DNA from: Candidatus Aminicenantes bacterium
GTDB taxonomy: Bacteria; Acidobacteriota; Aminicenantia; Aminicenantales; JAFGBC01
Assembly: GCA_963702005.1 (NCBI GenBank)
Contig: OY969696.1
Coordinates: 1,120,001 to 1,184,000 of the forward strand
Direction of reading: 5' to 3'
DNA: 64,000 nt
Both the position numbers and the translations under genes were made by a program. The notes under the pieces are model-generated. The model saw only the letters and a program-made list of their open reading frames with translations. It was not told the DNA's origin and ran no database searches. This document shows, in pieces, positions 49,351 to 59,088 of this stretch (positions within the stretch are counted from its first letter, which is position 1; every line of letters begins with the position of its first letter).

Positions 49351-49465
49351 TTCTCTTAATATTTAAAAAAATCATCCCTTACATGTTATAATGACCGGGC
49401 TCGTTCGCCAGGACGGGCCCGGGTGGCGCAGCGACCGTTCCGGATCGAAACGAGGAGGACTCAGG

Positions 49466-51850
49466 ATGCGACGGTTCGGGATCATAATAAGCTTCGGGTT
49501 TCTCGTTTTAGCCTCATTTTTGTTGAGAGCGGGCTTCCATCCATTGCCCGCCGCCGCCGAGGAAATGGCCGCTCCGGCCAATCCCGTTCCCAATCCGTCT
49601 TTCGAGGACGTCAAGGACGACAATCCGATCGGCTGGACTCGTGAGACTTGGCAGCCCAAGGCAGAGTTCGGGCTGGAGGCGGCGGCCCATTCCGGGCAGA
49701 AGAGCGTCCGCATCTCATCCAAGGAAGGCGCCGACGCGTCTTGGGCGGCCGTCGTCCCGATCAAGCCTTTCGCCCGATACAAGTTGAGCGGCTGGATCAA
49801 AATCAAGGACCTGGACCCGGCCACGGGCCGGGGAGCGCTCTTTAACATCCAGGGCATGGATGTGGCGACCAAGCCCCTTCGCGGGACTCAGGTTTGGACC
49901 CGGGTCGCGGTCGAGTTCGACTCCGGCGCCAACGACGCGGTATTAGTCAATTGCCTGTTCGGCGGATGGGGAAAGTCGACCGGAACGGCTTGGTACGACG
50001 ACGTCAGGCTCGAACTCCTTTCCGTGCGGGCGCTCAAGCCCGAGGCGACGATCGACGCATCCCTTATCCTCGCTCCCCTTTCGCCCCTGATATACGGCCA
50101 GTTCATCGAGCACTTGGGCCGCTGCATCTACCAGGGAATCTGGGCCGAGATGCTCGAGGACCGCAAGTTCTATTACCCGGTAGGGAGCCAGGACTCGCCC
50201 TGGAAAGCCGTCGGGGACGCCGCCAACGTCAGGATGAATCCGATCCTTCCTTACACGGGCGTCCAAGCCCCCGATGTCCGGCTCAAAGGAAACGGCGAGA
50301 CGGGCGGCATCGCCCAAGAAGGGTTGGCCGTCATCAAGGGAAAACCCTATACGGGCCGCATCGTCCTGGCGGGCGACCCGGGCGCCGCGCCGGTCGAGGT
50401 CAGTCTCGTCTGGGGAAGCGCCCCCGAAGCCCGCCAGACGGTCGCGATCATGGACTTCAAGACCGATTATAAGACCTATCCGCTCGCCTTCACGGCCGGC
50501 GAATCGAGCGAAAACGCCCGGCTCGAAATCACGAGCCGCGGAATCGAGGCCTTCCGGGTCGGGACGGTCTCGCTCATGCCGTCCGACAACGTCGAGGGCT
50601 TCCGGCCCGAAGTCCTGAGCGTTCTGCGCGAGCTCAACGCCCCCATCTACCGCTGGCCGGGCGGCAATTTCGTCAGCGGCTATAGCTGGAAGGACGGGAT
50701 CGGCGACCGGGACCGCCGGCCGCCCCGCAAGAACCCGGCCTGGCAGGGCGTCGAGCACAACGACGTCGGGATCCACGAGTTCATGGATTTCTGCCGCCTT
50801 CTCAAGACCCAGCCCTACATCACGGTCAACAGCGGGCAGGGGAACGAGACGCTGGCCGCCGAGATGGTCGAATACGCGAACGGCGCGGCTTCGGCGCCGA
50901 TGGGCGCGCTCCGGGCGCGCAACGGCCGGGCCGAACCCTGGGGCGTTTCCTGGTGGTCGATCGGGAACGAGATGTACGGCGACTGGCAGCTCGGCCACAT
51001 GCCCGTCCAGGACTATGTCTTCAAGCACAACCGGTTCGCCGCGGCGATGCGGGCCAAGGACCCTTCGATCAAGCTCGTCGGCGTCGGCGCGGTCGGCGAG
51101 TGGAGCGAGCGCATGCTGGCTTTCTGCCGGGACTCGATGAACGCCATCAGCGAGCACTTCTACGTCGGCGAGCGGCCCGGCCTGCTCAGCCACGTCAACC
51201 AAGTCCCGGCCCAGATCAAGCGGATCGCGGACGCCCATCGCCGCTACCGTCTGACGATCGGAGCCCTGGAGGGCAAGGCCGTCCCGATCGCCCTCGACGA
51301 GTGGAATTACTGGTACGGCCCGGACCTCTACGGAGAGATCGGGACCCGCTATTTCCTCAAGGACGCGCTGGGGATCGCGGCCGGCATTCACGAGTACGCC
51401 CGGCAAAGCGACATGTTCGTCATGGCCAACTACGCCCAGACGGTCAACGTCATCGGGGCGGTCAAGACGACAAAGACGGCGGCCGCCTTCGACACGACCG
51501 GCCTCGTCCTCAAGCTCTACCGGGCCGAGTTCGGATCGCTCCCGGTCAAGGTCACGGGCGCCCCGGCCCCGCTCGACGTCGCGGCGGCCTGGCGGGAGGG
51601 CCGCAAAGTCCTGACCGTGGCCGTCGTCAACCCGACCAAGCAGAGCCAGACCCTGCCGATTTCGTTCAAGGAGATCAAGGTCCCGGCGACGGCCCGGCTG
51701 TTCCTGATCACGGGTCCGGACGAGGGCGCCTACAACGAGCCCGGGAAGGATCCCGCGGTCAAGATCGAGACGACGGAGAATGCCCCCTTCGGCTCGAAGC
51801 TGACCTTGCCGCCCCTGAGCATTTCCCTCTACGTGATCGAACCGAAATAA
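49466..51850 (+). CDS. GH51 alpha-L-arabinofuranosidase with N-terminal CBM-like domain, exported
   Basis: GAGGAG RBS; NPSFE…WYDDV CBM-like domain; YGQFIEHLGRCIY, RWPGGNF, IGNEMYG, LDEWN, AQTVNV. Confidence 0.92.
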   Translation: MRRFGIIISFGFLVLASFLLRAGFHPLPAAAEEMAAPANPVPNPSFEDVKDDNPIGWTRETWQPKAEFGLEAAAHSGQKSVRISSKEGADASWAAVVPIKPFARYKLSGWIKIKDLDPATGRGALFNIQGMDVATKPLRGTQVWTRVAVEFDSGANDAVLVNCLFGGWGKSTGTAWYDDVRLELLSVRALKPEATIDASLILAPLSPLIYGQFIEHLGRCIYQGIWAEMLEDRKFYYPVGSQDSPWKAVGDAANVRMNPILPYTGVQAPDVRLKGNGETGGIAQEGLAVIKGKPYTGRIVLAGDPGAAPVEVSLVWGSAPEARQTVAIMDFKTDYKTYPLAFTAGESSENARLEITSRGIEAFRVGTVSLMPSDNVEGFRPEVLSVLRELNAPIYRWPGGNFVSGYSWKDGIGDRDRRPPRKNPAWQGVEHNDVGIHEFMDFCRLLKTQPYITVNSGQGNETLAAEMVEYANGAASAPMGALRARNGRAEPWGVSWWSIGNEMYGDWQLGHMPVQDYVFKHNRFAAAMRAKDPSIKLVGVGAVGEWSERMLAFCRDSMNAISEHFYVGERPGLLSHVNQVPAQIKRIADAHRRYRLTIGALEGKAVPIALDEWNYWYGPDLYGEIGTRYFLKDALGIAAGIHEYARQSDMFVMANYAQTVNVIGAVKTTKTAAAFDTTGLVLKLYRAEFGSLPVKVTGAPAPLDVAAAWREGRKVLTVAVVNPTKQSQTLPISFKEIKVPATARLFLITGPDEGAYNEPGKDPAVKIETTENAPFGSKLTLPPLSISLYVIEPK

Positions 51851-51874
51851 TTCGGGGGACACACGACTTAATTA
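51842..51874 (+). repeat. left copy of an inverted repeat (core ggggacacacgacttaatta)
   Basis: 51855-51874 is the exact reverse complement of 54080-54099; preceded by hairpin ccgaa-ataa-ttcgg containing the GH51 stop. Confidence 0.85.
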
Positions 51875-51887
51875 AAGGACATCGAAG

Positions 51888-53297
51888 ATGCTTAAAGACA
51901 TCATTAAAAAGGAAATCGTGGAGACGATCACCAGCCCGAAATTCGTCTTCACCTTCCTGCTTTGCGCGGTCCTGATCCTCCTTTCGGTCTATACAGGCGT
52001 CGCCACATATCGCGCCGAGCTTAAGGAGTATGGCGCGGCGGTGGCCCTCAACAAGAAGAACCTCGAGAGCCAGCCCAGCTTCGCCGCCCTGGCCGGGCTG
52101 GGAACGAAGATTAGCCGGCCGCCCCAGGTCCTGAGCGCGATCGCCTCGGGCATCGACGAGGCGGTGGGCCGGGTGGCCACGGTCAACATCGCCTACGACC
52201 CGAACCTGGTCGATTCCAAGTACGAGAGCAACCCCGTCTTTTCCGTTTTCGGGGCCCTCGACCTGACCTTCATCGTCAAGATCGTCTTGAGCTTGTTCGC
52301 CATCCTCTTCACCTATGACGCCGTCGTCGGGGAAAAAGAGAATGGAACCCTCAAGCTGACCCTGTCCAACCGGGTCCCGCGCGACCGGCTCATCCTGGGC
52401 AAGGTCATCGGCGGCTACCTCAGCCTGCTCATCCCCCTCATCATCCCGCTCCTCCTGAGCTTGCTTTTCCTCCTGGTCATGCCGAACATCTCGCTGAACG
52501 GCGAGGCCTGGGGGCGGCTCTTGCTCATGTTTCTGATTTTCTTCCTCTATCTTTCGGTCTTCTTCACGCTCGGGCTGTTCGTCTCGGCCCGGACCAGCAA
52601 GAGCTCGACGAGCTTCCTCATCCTCCTCTTCATCTGGGTGACGTTCGTCACGGTCATCCCCAAGGTTTCGGTCCTGGCCGCCGCCCAGATCAAGCCCATC
52701 CCCTCGGTCCACGAGATCACGGCCCAGAAGGACGCGTTCCTCCAGCAGATCCAGGGCGGTTCTCAAAGAAAGATATTGGGCTGGATCAAGGAAAATTCGC
52801 CCAAGCCGGGCGAGGACCAGAAGGCCTTCCAGGAGAAGTTTCGCAAATGGCTCGAGGACTACCAGCAGGAGATGACGGCGAAGATCGACGAGAACAACGC
52901 CGCCCTGGAACGCGACTACCAGGTTAAGAAACGCGCCCAACAAAATCTGGCCATCAACCTGTCCCGCGTCTCGCCGGCCTCGGCTTTGACCTTCTCGACC
53001 ATGAGCCTGGCCCGGACCGGTCTCGACGAGTACGATCGGTTCCTGGCCTCGATCCGGACCTACAAGCCCATCTTCACCAAATGGGCCAACGCCAAGATGA
53101 TGCGGAACCTCAACATGCAGACGGGGGAGATGGGCGCCAAGGTCGTCCTGGACGATATGCCCCAGCACGCGTTCGTTCCGGAGACGCTCGGCAAATCGTT
53201 CGCCCGGACGCTCGCCGACATCGGCCTGATGCTCGTCCTGATCATCGTCTTTTTCACCGGGGCCTACGTCTCCTTCCTGAAGTACGACGTCCGCTGA
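51888..53297 (+). CDS. ABC-2 type transporter permease
   Basis: IIKKEI, YDAVVGEKENGTLKL.LS..V.R..LILGK, multiple TM helices, FLKYDVR end. Confidence 0.9.
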   Translation: MLKDIIKKEIVETITSPKFVFTFLLCAVLILLSVYTGVATYRAELKEYGAAVALNKKNLESQPSFAALAGLGTKISRPPQVLSAIASGIDEAVGRVATVNIAYDPNLVDSKYESNPVFSVFGALDLTFIVKIVLSLFAILFTYDAVVGEKENGTLKLTLSNRVPRDRLILGKVIGGYLSLLIPLIIPLLLSLLFLLVMPNISLNGEAWGRLLLMFLIFFLYLSVFFTLGLFVSARTSKSSTSFLILLFIWVTFVTVIPKVSVLAAAQIKPIPSVHEITAQKDAFLQQIQGGSQRKILGWIKENSPKPGEDQKAFQEKFRKWLEDYQQEMTAKIDENNAALERDYQVKKRAQQNLAINLSRVSPASALTFSTMSLARTGLDEYDRFLASIRTYKPIFTKWANAKMMRNLNMQTGEMGAKVVLDDMPQHAFVPETLGKSFARTLADIGLMLVLIIVFFTGAYVSFLKYDVR

Positions 53298-53307
53298 GGA
53301 GAGAACC

Positions 53308-54018
53308 ATGATCGAAACCGTCAACCTGACCAAGCGCTACGAGGACGGCCAGTTGGCTCTCGACCATCTCAGCCTCAAGGTCGAGCCCGGCGAAATCTTC
53401 TGCATGTTCGGAGCCAACGGGGCCGGGAAGACCACGACCATCAACCTCCTCCTGAATTTCATCCCGCCGAGCGAGGGCACGGCGTTCATCGAGGGCATCG
53501 ACGTGACCAAGGAGCCCCTCCGCTCCAAGGACTATATATCCTTCGTTTCTGAGAATGTCATGCTCTACGGGAACTTCAGCGCTTACCAGAATCTCGACTA
53601 CTTCAGCAAGCTGGCCGGCAAGCGCGGCCTGACCAAGTCCGATTACGCCAAGGCCCTGCGGAGCGTCGGACTGCAGGATGACGCCTTCGAGGCCCGGGCC
53701 AAGACCTACTCCAAGGGCATGCGGCAGAAGCTCGGCCTGGCCATCGCCTTCATCAAGGACGCCCCCAACATCCTGCTCGATGAGCCGACCTCGGGACTCG
53801 ACCCAAAATCGGGCCAGGAGTTCCTGACCCTGCTCACCGAGATGCGAAACAAAGGCAAGTCCGTCTTCATGTCGACGCACGATATCTTCCGGGCCAAGCT
53901 CATCGCCGACCGCGTCGGCTTCATGAAGAAAGGCCGGCTGGTGATGCTGAAAACGCGGCGGGAGCTCCAAGGCGAGGACTTGACCGAGCTCTATATCCAG
54001 TACATGGAAGAGCGCTGA
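53308..54018 (+). CDS. ABC transporter ATP-binding protein
   Basis: GANGAGKT, YSKGMRQK, LLDEPTSGLDP, STH. Confidence 0.95.
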   Translation: MIETVNLTKRYEDGQLALDHLSLKVEPGEIFCMFGANGAGKTTTINLLLNFIPPSEGTAFIEGIDVTKEPLRSKDYISFVSENVMLYGNFSAYQNLDYFSKLAGKRGLTKSDYAKALRSVGLQDDAFEARAKTYSKGMRQKLGLAIAFIKDAPNILLDEPTSGLDPKSGQEFLTLLTEMRNKGKSVFMSTHDIFRAKLIADRVGFMKKGRLVMLKTRRELQGEDLTELYIQYMEER

Positions 54019-54079
54019 CTGTCCGCGTTTGGGCAGCGAATGGGCGCCGTCCCTTCGGGAAATCAACGAATAATCTTAA

Positions 54080-54114
54080 TAATTAAGTCGTGTGTCCCCG
54101 AAATTATTTTTCGG
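54080..54114 (-). repeat. right copy of the inverted repeat
   Basis: taattaagtcgtgtgtccccgaaattatttttcgg; contains the CDF gene stop codon. Confidence 0.85.
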
Positions 54115-55564
54115 GGGGTTCGATGTGGATTAGGACCCGGCCGACGCGGGGAACGCCCGACTTCAGGGCGAGCTCGAAGCGCTCCGTCAACCGGTGGGCC
54201 GCGTTGAGGTCCATGGCCGGGTCGACCGAGCAGTGGAAGGTGACGGCCAGCTCGCCCGCGGCGTCCTCGACGTCGATTTCGTGGGGATCGCAACTGACCC
54301 CGGCCGCCTCCGCGATGTCCAGCACGATCTTCTGAATCAGACCCCGGTCCGCCTCCGCCTCTTCTTCCGTGACGGGGGCGTTCTCCGCCCGGACGGGCTC
54401 GAGGTGGGTCACGACGCTGTCCAGTCCCGGGACGATCTGGCGGAGAACTTCCTCGAATTCCGAGGCTCTGGCGTGGGCCTCGGCGACATCGCGGGCGCCG
54501 CGGATCTCGAGGTGGAGCTCGAGGCAGGGCCGGCCTTTCTTCTCGAAGAGGCAGATGTCGTGGGCGGCCAGGTTATGGCGGGCGGCCAAAGACCGGACAT
54601 CGGCCACGATGTCTTCGGCCTCCTCCCGGCTGGGCTCGACGTGGACGATGATGTCGGCGTTGGGACTGTTGAGGGCGCGGCGGACGGCGTCCCTGGCGTC
54701 GTTCGAGATATCGTGGGCGTGCTCGAAGGCCTCGTGGCGGCTGACGATGAGGACGACATCCACGAAGAAATCGGGCCCGGCCCGGCGGATGCGGGCGTTG
54801 CGGACCTCAAGGACGCCCGGGACGTGGGCGGCCCGGATCATGTCTTCGCGGAGATTGGCCGGGACGCCGTCCAGGAGGTCCGCGATCGTCTTCCTGCCGA
54901 GCGCCAGCGAGACATAGACGACGATACCCGAGACGCCCAGCGCGGCCACCGCGTCCGCCTTGACCAGCCAGGGGATGCCGGCGGCTTTGGAGATTCCGAC
55001 GAAGGCGAGGCCTCCGATGACGACGAGCGAGGACCAGATGTCGGTCGAAAAGTGCAAGGCGTCCGCCTCCAAAGCCTGGCTGTGATGTTTCTGGGCGGCC
55101 CGCTTTAGGATCCGCGAGCGCGAGAAGTCGATGACGATCGAAACGACCATGACCACGAAGGCCCAGGCCGACGCTTCGACCACCACGGAGTGGAAGAAGA
55201 GCCGGCGGACGGCCTCGTAAATGATCCAGACGCAGGTCAGGAGGAGAAGGGCCGTCTCGAACATGGCCGAGAGGTTTTCGACTTTGCCGTGACCGTAGGT
55301 GTGGGTCGGGTCGGCAGGGCGGCTCGAGACCCGGACGGCGATGAGGGTCATGGCGGCGGCGATCAGGTCGAGGCCGGAATGGGCCGCTTCGGCCAGTATG
55401 CCCAGGGAGCCGGTCAGGATCCCGACCACGATCTTCATTCCGGTCAGGAAGACGGCCGCGATGACGGAGCTCAGGGCCGCGGAAGTTTTTTCGCGCTTGG
55501 CTTCGGCCGAGTCCCCGCCGCGGGGAGTCTCCACCGTCTTGGAGAGGTCAAGATGTTCCGCCAT
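54104..55564 (-). CDS. cation diffusion facilitator transporter with three C-terminal dimerisation domains
   Basis: SLGILAEAAHSGLD, HTYGHGKVEN, ALEADALHFSTD; three repeats ending HVEP/HLEP/HIEP. Confidence 0.92.
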   Translation of the reverse strand: MAEHLDLSKTVETPRGGDSAEAKREKTSAALSSVIAAVFLTGMKIVVGILTGSLGILAEAAHSGLDLIAAAMTLIAVRVSSRPADPTHTYGHGKVENLSAMFETALLLLTCVWIIYEAVRRLFFHSVVVEASAWAFVVMVVSIVIDFSRSRILKRAAQKHHSQALEADALHFSTDIWSSLVVIGGLAFVGISKAAGIPWLVKADAVAALGVSGIVVYVSLALGRKTIADLLDGVPANLREDMIRAAHVPGVLEVRNARIRRAGPDFFVDVVLIVSRHEAFEHAHDISNDARDAVRRALNSPNADIIVHVEPSREEAEDIVADVRSLAARHNLAAHDICLFEKKGRPCLELHLEIRGARDVAEAHARASEFEEVLRQIVPGLDSVVTHLEPVRAENAPVTEEEAEADRGLIQKIVLDIAEAAGVSCDPHEIDVEDAAGELAVTFHCSVDPAMDLNAAHRLTERFELALKSGVPRVGRVLIHIEPPEK

Positions 55565-55642
55565 GGGTCATCACGCGTCGCCGAATCAATTTAGCACAGA
55601 AATTTCCCCCTGTCGACTGACGGGCGTGGGCGGCGCGGACTC

Positions 55643-55735
55643 TCAGCTCTTCTTGGAAAAGTGGGCATAGAGGGCCAGGGTCAGGCCCGTCGACAGGATG
55701 AGGATGGCCAAGGGGACCAGGATGCTGATAAACAT
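55643..55735 (-). CDS. 30-aa single-TM microprotein (not in ORF track)
   Basis: MFISILVPLAILILSTGLTLALYAHFSKKS; AAGGAGAAGG RBS; starts 2 nt after the upstream stop. Confidence 0.65.
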   Translation of the reverse strand: MFISILVPLAILILSTGLTLALYAHFSKKS

Positions 55736-55737
55736 GG

Positions 55738-55869
55738 CTAATCCTTCTCCTTGCCTTTGGGTTCGCCCTTGCATTTCTTCCGGTAGGAGACGTAAGCCAG
55801 GATGAGGCCCAGGAACGAGCAGATATAAGCGATCGACATGCCGATGACGACGGCCAGGTTCTGTTTCAT
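55738..55869 (-). CDS. 43-aa single-TM microprotein (not in ORF track)
   Basis: MKQNLAVVIGMSIAYICSFLGLILAYVSYRKKCKGEPKGKEKD; GGAGG RBS; starts 1 nt after the upstream stop. Confidence 0.7.
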   Translation of the reverse strand: MKQNLAVVIGMSIAYICSFLGLILAYVSYRKKCKGEPKGKEKD

Positions 55870-55870
55870 A

Positions 55871-56161
55871 TCAGGCCTCCCAGCGCGCGATTTTTTCGAG
55901 GTCCTCGAGGTATTTCTTCTGCTTGTGCTCGTAGTCCGTGGAGATCGCCTTGAGCTTGGGGTCGATGACGCGGAACATGACGATGAGGAGGATGACGTCG
56001 ACGGCGAGCAAAACGAACCCGTACCAGCGGAGGAGAAGGATAAAAGCGGTGCTGAGAGCCGTCAGGAAATAGGTCAGGGGGGAGAGGATCCAGGTGATGA
56101 CGTCTTCCTTGGACCAGTTGTCCGCCTCGGCAGCCGTCCAGGTTCTTTTGATCCAGGCCAT
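55871..56161 (-). CDS. 96-aa two-TM membrane protein
   Basis: AAGGAGG RBS; coupled to the symporter stop; two hydrophobic helices. Confidence 0.8.
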   Translation of the reverse strand: MAWIKRTWTAAEADNWSKEDVITWILSPLTYFLTALSTAFILLLRWYGFVLLAVDVILLIVMFRVIDPKLKAISTDYEHKQKKYLEDLEKIARWEA

Positions 56162-56162
56162 G

Positions 56163-57762
56163 TTACTTCCCTCCTTTCGGCGCGGCCGCTTCCGCGGGGA
56201 GCAGCCCTCTCCGGACCGCCTCGCGGTGGACCGGTTTCCACCAGCCGTAGGGGCGGCTCATGACGTAGTACTTGACGAGACGGTCCATGTCTTCGGGCTT
56301 GGTCAGGAAGGTGATCGGGAAATAGATCAGGGCGCCCAGGACCATCATGATCCAGAATTGGAGGTAGTCGGGCAGGACCGGGATGAGCTTATTCGCGGGC
56401 AGGACCCAGACGATGAGCCAGCTCAGCCCCAGGTTGGCGATCCAGGAGGAGAGGTACCCCCAGGCGTTGAAGCGCCACCAGACGACCTGGAGGATCGAGG
56501 GGAGCCAGATCCCGGCGGCCATGATCCACAGGGCGAAGATGAGCCACTGGGTGATCTGCTGCATCATCGAGCCGTAGATGAAGGACCCGACCAGAAGGAT
56601 CAGCGTCGAGATGCGCCCGACCCAGATGAGCTCCTTTTCGCCGGCCTTGGGGCGCATGTAATGATGGTAGAGGTCGCGCGTCGCGTAGGAGGCGCCCAGG
56701 TTGAGATGGGTTGCGATCGTCGAGATATGGATGGCGACGATGGCCGCGAAGAAGAAGCCCAGCATCCCGACCGGCAGGATCTGGAAGCCGTACTTGTACC
56801 AGGCCATCTCATACTCGGCCACGTTCTGGATCCCGGGGGTGAGGGAGAAAAAGGCCAGGATGGCGACGGCCCACAGCGAGTTCCTCGATGACGATGAGCC
56901 CGGTCCCGGCCCAGATCGAGTAGCTCGAGTCGCGGACGGTCTTGGCCGATTGGATCCGCTGGGCCTCGGGATACCAGTCGATGGCCGTTCCCATTCCAAA
57001 CCCGCCGATGACGGCGATGACGAGCATGGTCAGGAACCAGATGAGCGGGAAATCGCCCGAGGTGAATCCGGTGAAGGCGAAGGGGTTGAGCCGCCAACCC
57101 TGGCCCAGGGCATGGATCTTACCGATGATCGCCGAAGGGCCGCCGGCCGCGACGACCTGCCAGACTGAGACGATCAGGATGACCGAGAAGGCGATGACGC
57201 CCTGCTGGAAGTCGGCCATGATGACGCCCCAGTAGCCCGCGGCCAGGACATAGATCGCGCACAGCACGGAGAAGACGACCAGCCCGAGCCAGGTCGGCCA
57301 GTTGAAGAGGTAGTGGCAGACCTTGCCCATGGCGATCCCGACCCAGCCCAGGATGAACATGTTCATGAAGACCTGCCAGCCGGCGATCCAGCCCCGGAGG
57401 AGCTCGGCGCCCAGCCCCGAGAAGCGCAGCGTCTGCCATTCGGCGTGGGTGTAGGCGAGCGAGCGCCGGAAGATCCGCGTCGAGGCGAAGGCCGAGATGG
57501 CGCACCAGGCCGAAAAAAACGTGTACCAGATTCCGCGCAGGCCGTGCTGATAGATGACGCCGCTGACCCACATCGGCGTGTCGGTCGCGGTATGGGTCGC
57601 GTAAACGGACGAGGCGGGCAGCCACCAGGGGAGCCCGCGCCCGGCCAGGAAGAAGTCGGCCATCGAGCGTTTGCCCAGCTTGTAGAAGAGAATCCCGCAG
57701 CCGACCATGATGGCGACGTAGGCGACCAGCCAGAACCAATCTAAGAACTGGAAAGTGACCAT
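56163..57762 (-). pseudogene. sodium:solute symporter split by a frameshift near 56886 (pseudogene or sequence error)
   Basis: N-half DFFLAGRGLPWW…YWGVIMADFQQG…AQRI in ORF 56809..57762; C-half RNSLWAVAILA…ISTIATHLNLGASY.TRDLY in ORF 56163..56999. Confidence 0.85.
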
Positions 57763-57933
57763 CAGTGACCTCTCTTCCTCGAACGGTCCCCCAAACTATA
57801 TCAACGCCCTCGGAGCGCTGTCAACCCCTCAATACCCAGCCATATGGCAGGGGTTATTCAGGGTGACACTGAGGCTCGGCGAATGTGTCAACCCGAAAAA
57901 GAGGCTCGGTCCGCGCTTCCCGGAAAGGTTTCG

Positions 57934-59088
57934 CTAATCTTTCGGCCGGCAGAGCAGGGCGGCGCCGACCAGGCCGGCCGCGTCCGAAGCCAGGAGTTCG
58001 CGGACCCCGGTCACCTCATCGGCGGCGACGGTCAGGAGAGGATGGCCCGACCGGTGGATCCAATCCTTCATGGTCGGCCAGGCGTGGTCCTTGGCGGGAC
58101 GGCTCATGAGCCAGCCGCCCAGGATGAAGACGCGAGTTCCCTTGACGTTCGCCCAGAACTCCGTTTCCAGCCCGGGAGGATCGTTGACGACGGCTTTACC
58201 CGAGCCGACCGGCGGGCCGCCTTCGAAGGTCAGGATCATCGCTTCGGCCAGGGCTTGTCCGGCCCGGCGATAGAGGCTGCGGGCTGCTTCACGGATAGGC
58301 GCCTCCCCGTGCTCGGCCAGTACGGCCAGCGCATCGCCGGTCAGTTCCTCCGGCCTAAAGCGGCGGCTCAAGACGTCGTCCCGGATCGCTTGGAGCCAGA
58401 GCCCCTCTCCGGTCGCCAGATCCTCGGGCGTCACGACGCCCGGCCGGATCCGGCCGTTTCCTTCTTCCAAAATAAGGTCGAAGAACTGCTGAGGACCGGG
58501 AACCGGGACGAGGCGGCCGCCTTCGACCCACAAGGCTCCCGCTCCGAATCCCGTCCCCGGGATGAAGCCGGCGATCCGGCCGCAATCCGCCAGCGCGTCC
58601 CGGACCTGCGGGAATTTGTCCCGCTGGGCGACGAGAGCATGGGCGATGGCCAGGACGTTGGCGACCCCGTCGTTGGCGACGACGGCCGTCCAGTCCTCCC
58701 CCATGAACCGGGGAAATTCTTCGGCCAGCCGGAAGCCTTCCAGGCCGGGCAGGTTGGGAACCGTTCCCTTGTAGGGAACGCCCTCCGCGAGCCAGGCGCC
58801 GGGGGCGCAGATCCCGACCGTCTTCAGAACCGCCTTCCGCTCCTTGATGGGAATGTCCCGGAAGATGTCCTTGAGCCCGCGGGCGGCCCTTTCCAGAGTC
58901 AGTTCGAGGTCGGTCACGTAGCCCTTGGGATGATCCGGAGCGGGTTTGGTCGGGTTGAGGAATTTTTTGCTCCGCTCGGGCAGGAGGAGCCTGGGAAGGC
59001 TATAAATTCCTTCTTCCTCGACACGGAAGTGGACCAGCCCTTTCCGGGTGTGAGTCGCGCCCAAGTCGACGGCAGGTATCGTCAACAT
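57934..59088 (-). CDS. divergent ROK/glucokinase-like sugar kinase
   Basis: AVDLGATHTR, VGICAPG, VANDG, PGTGFGAG, ILGGW, AGLVGAA. Confidence 0.7.
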   Translation of the reverse strand: MLTIPAVDLGATHTRKGLVHFRVEEEGIYSLPRLLLPERSKKFLNPTKPAPDHPKGYVTDLELTLERAARGLKDIFRDIPIKERKAVLKTVGICAPGAWLAEGVPYKGTVPNLPGLEGFRLAEEFPRFMGEDWTAVVANDGVANVLAIAHALVAQRDKFPQVRDALADCGRIAGFIPGTGFGAGALWVEGGRLVPVPGPQQFFDLILEEGNGRIRPGVVTPEDLATGEGLWLQAIRDDVLSRRFRPEELTGDALAVLAEHGEAPIREAARSLYRRAGQALAEAMILTFEGGPPVGSGKAVVNDPPGLETEFWANVKGTRVFILGGWLMSRPAKDHAWPTMKDWIHRSGHPLLTVAADEVTGVRELLASDAAGLVGAALLCRPKD

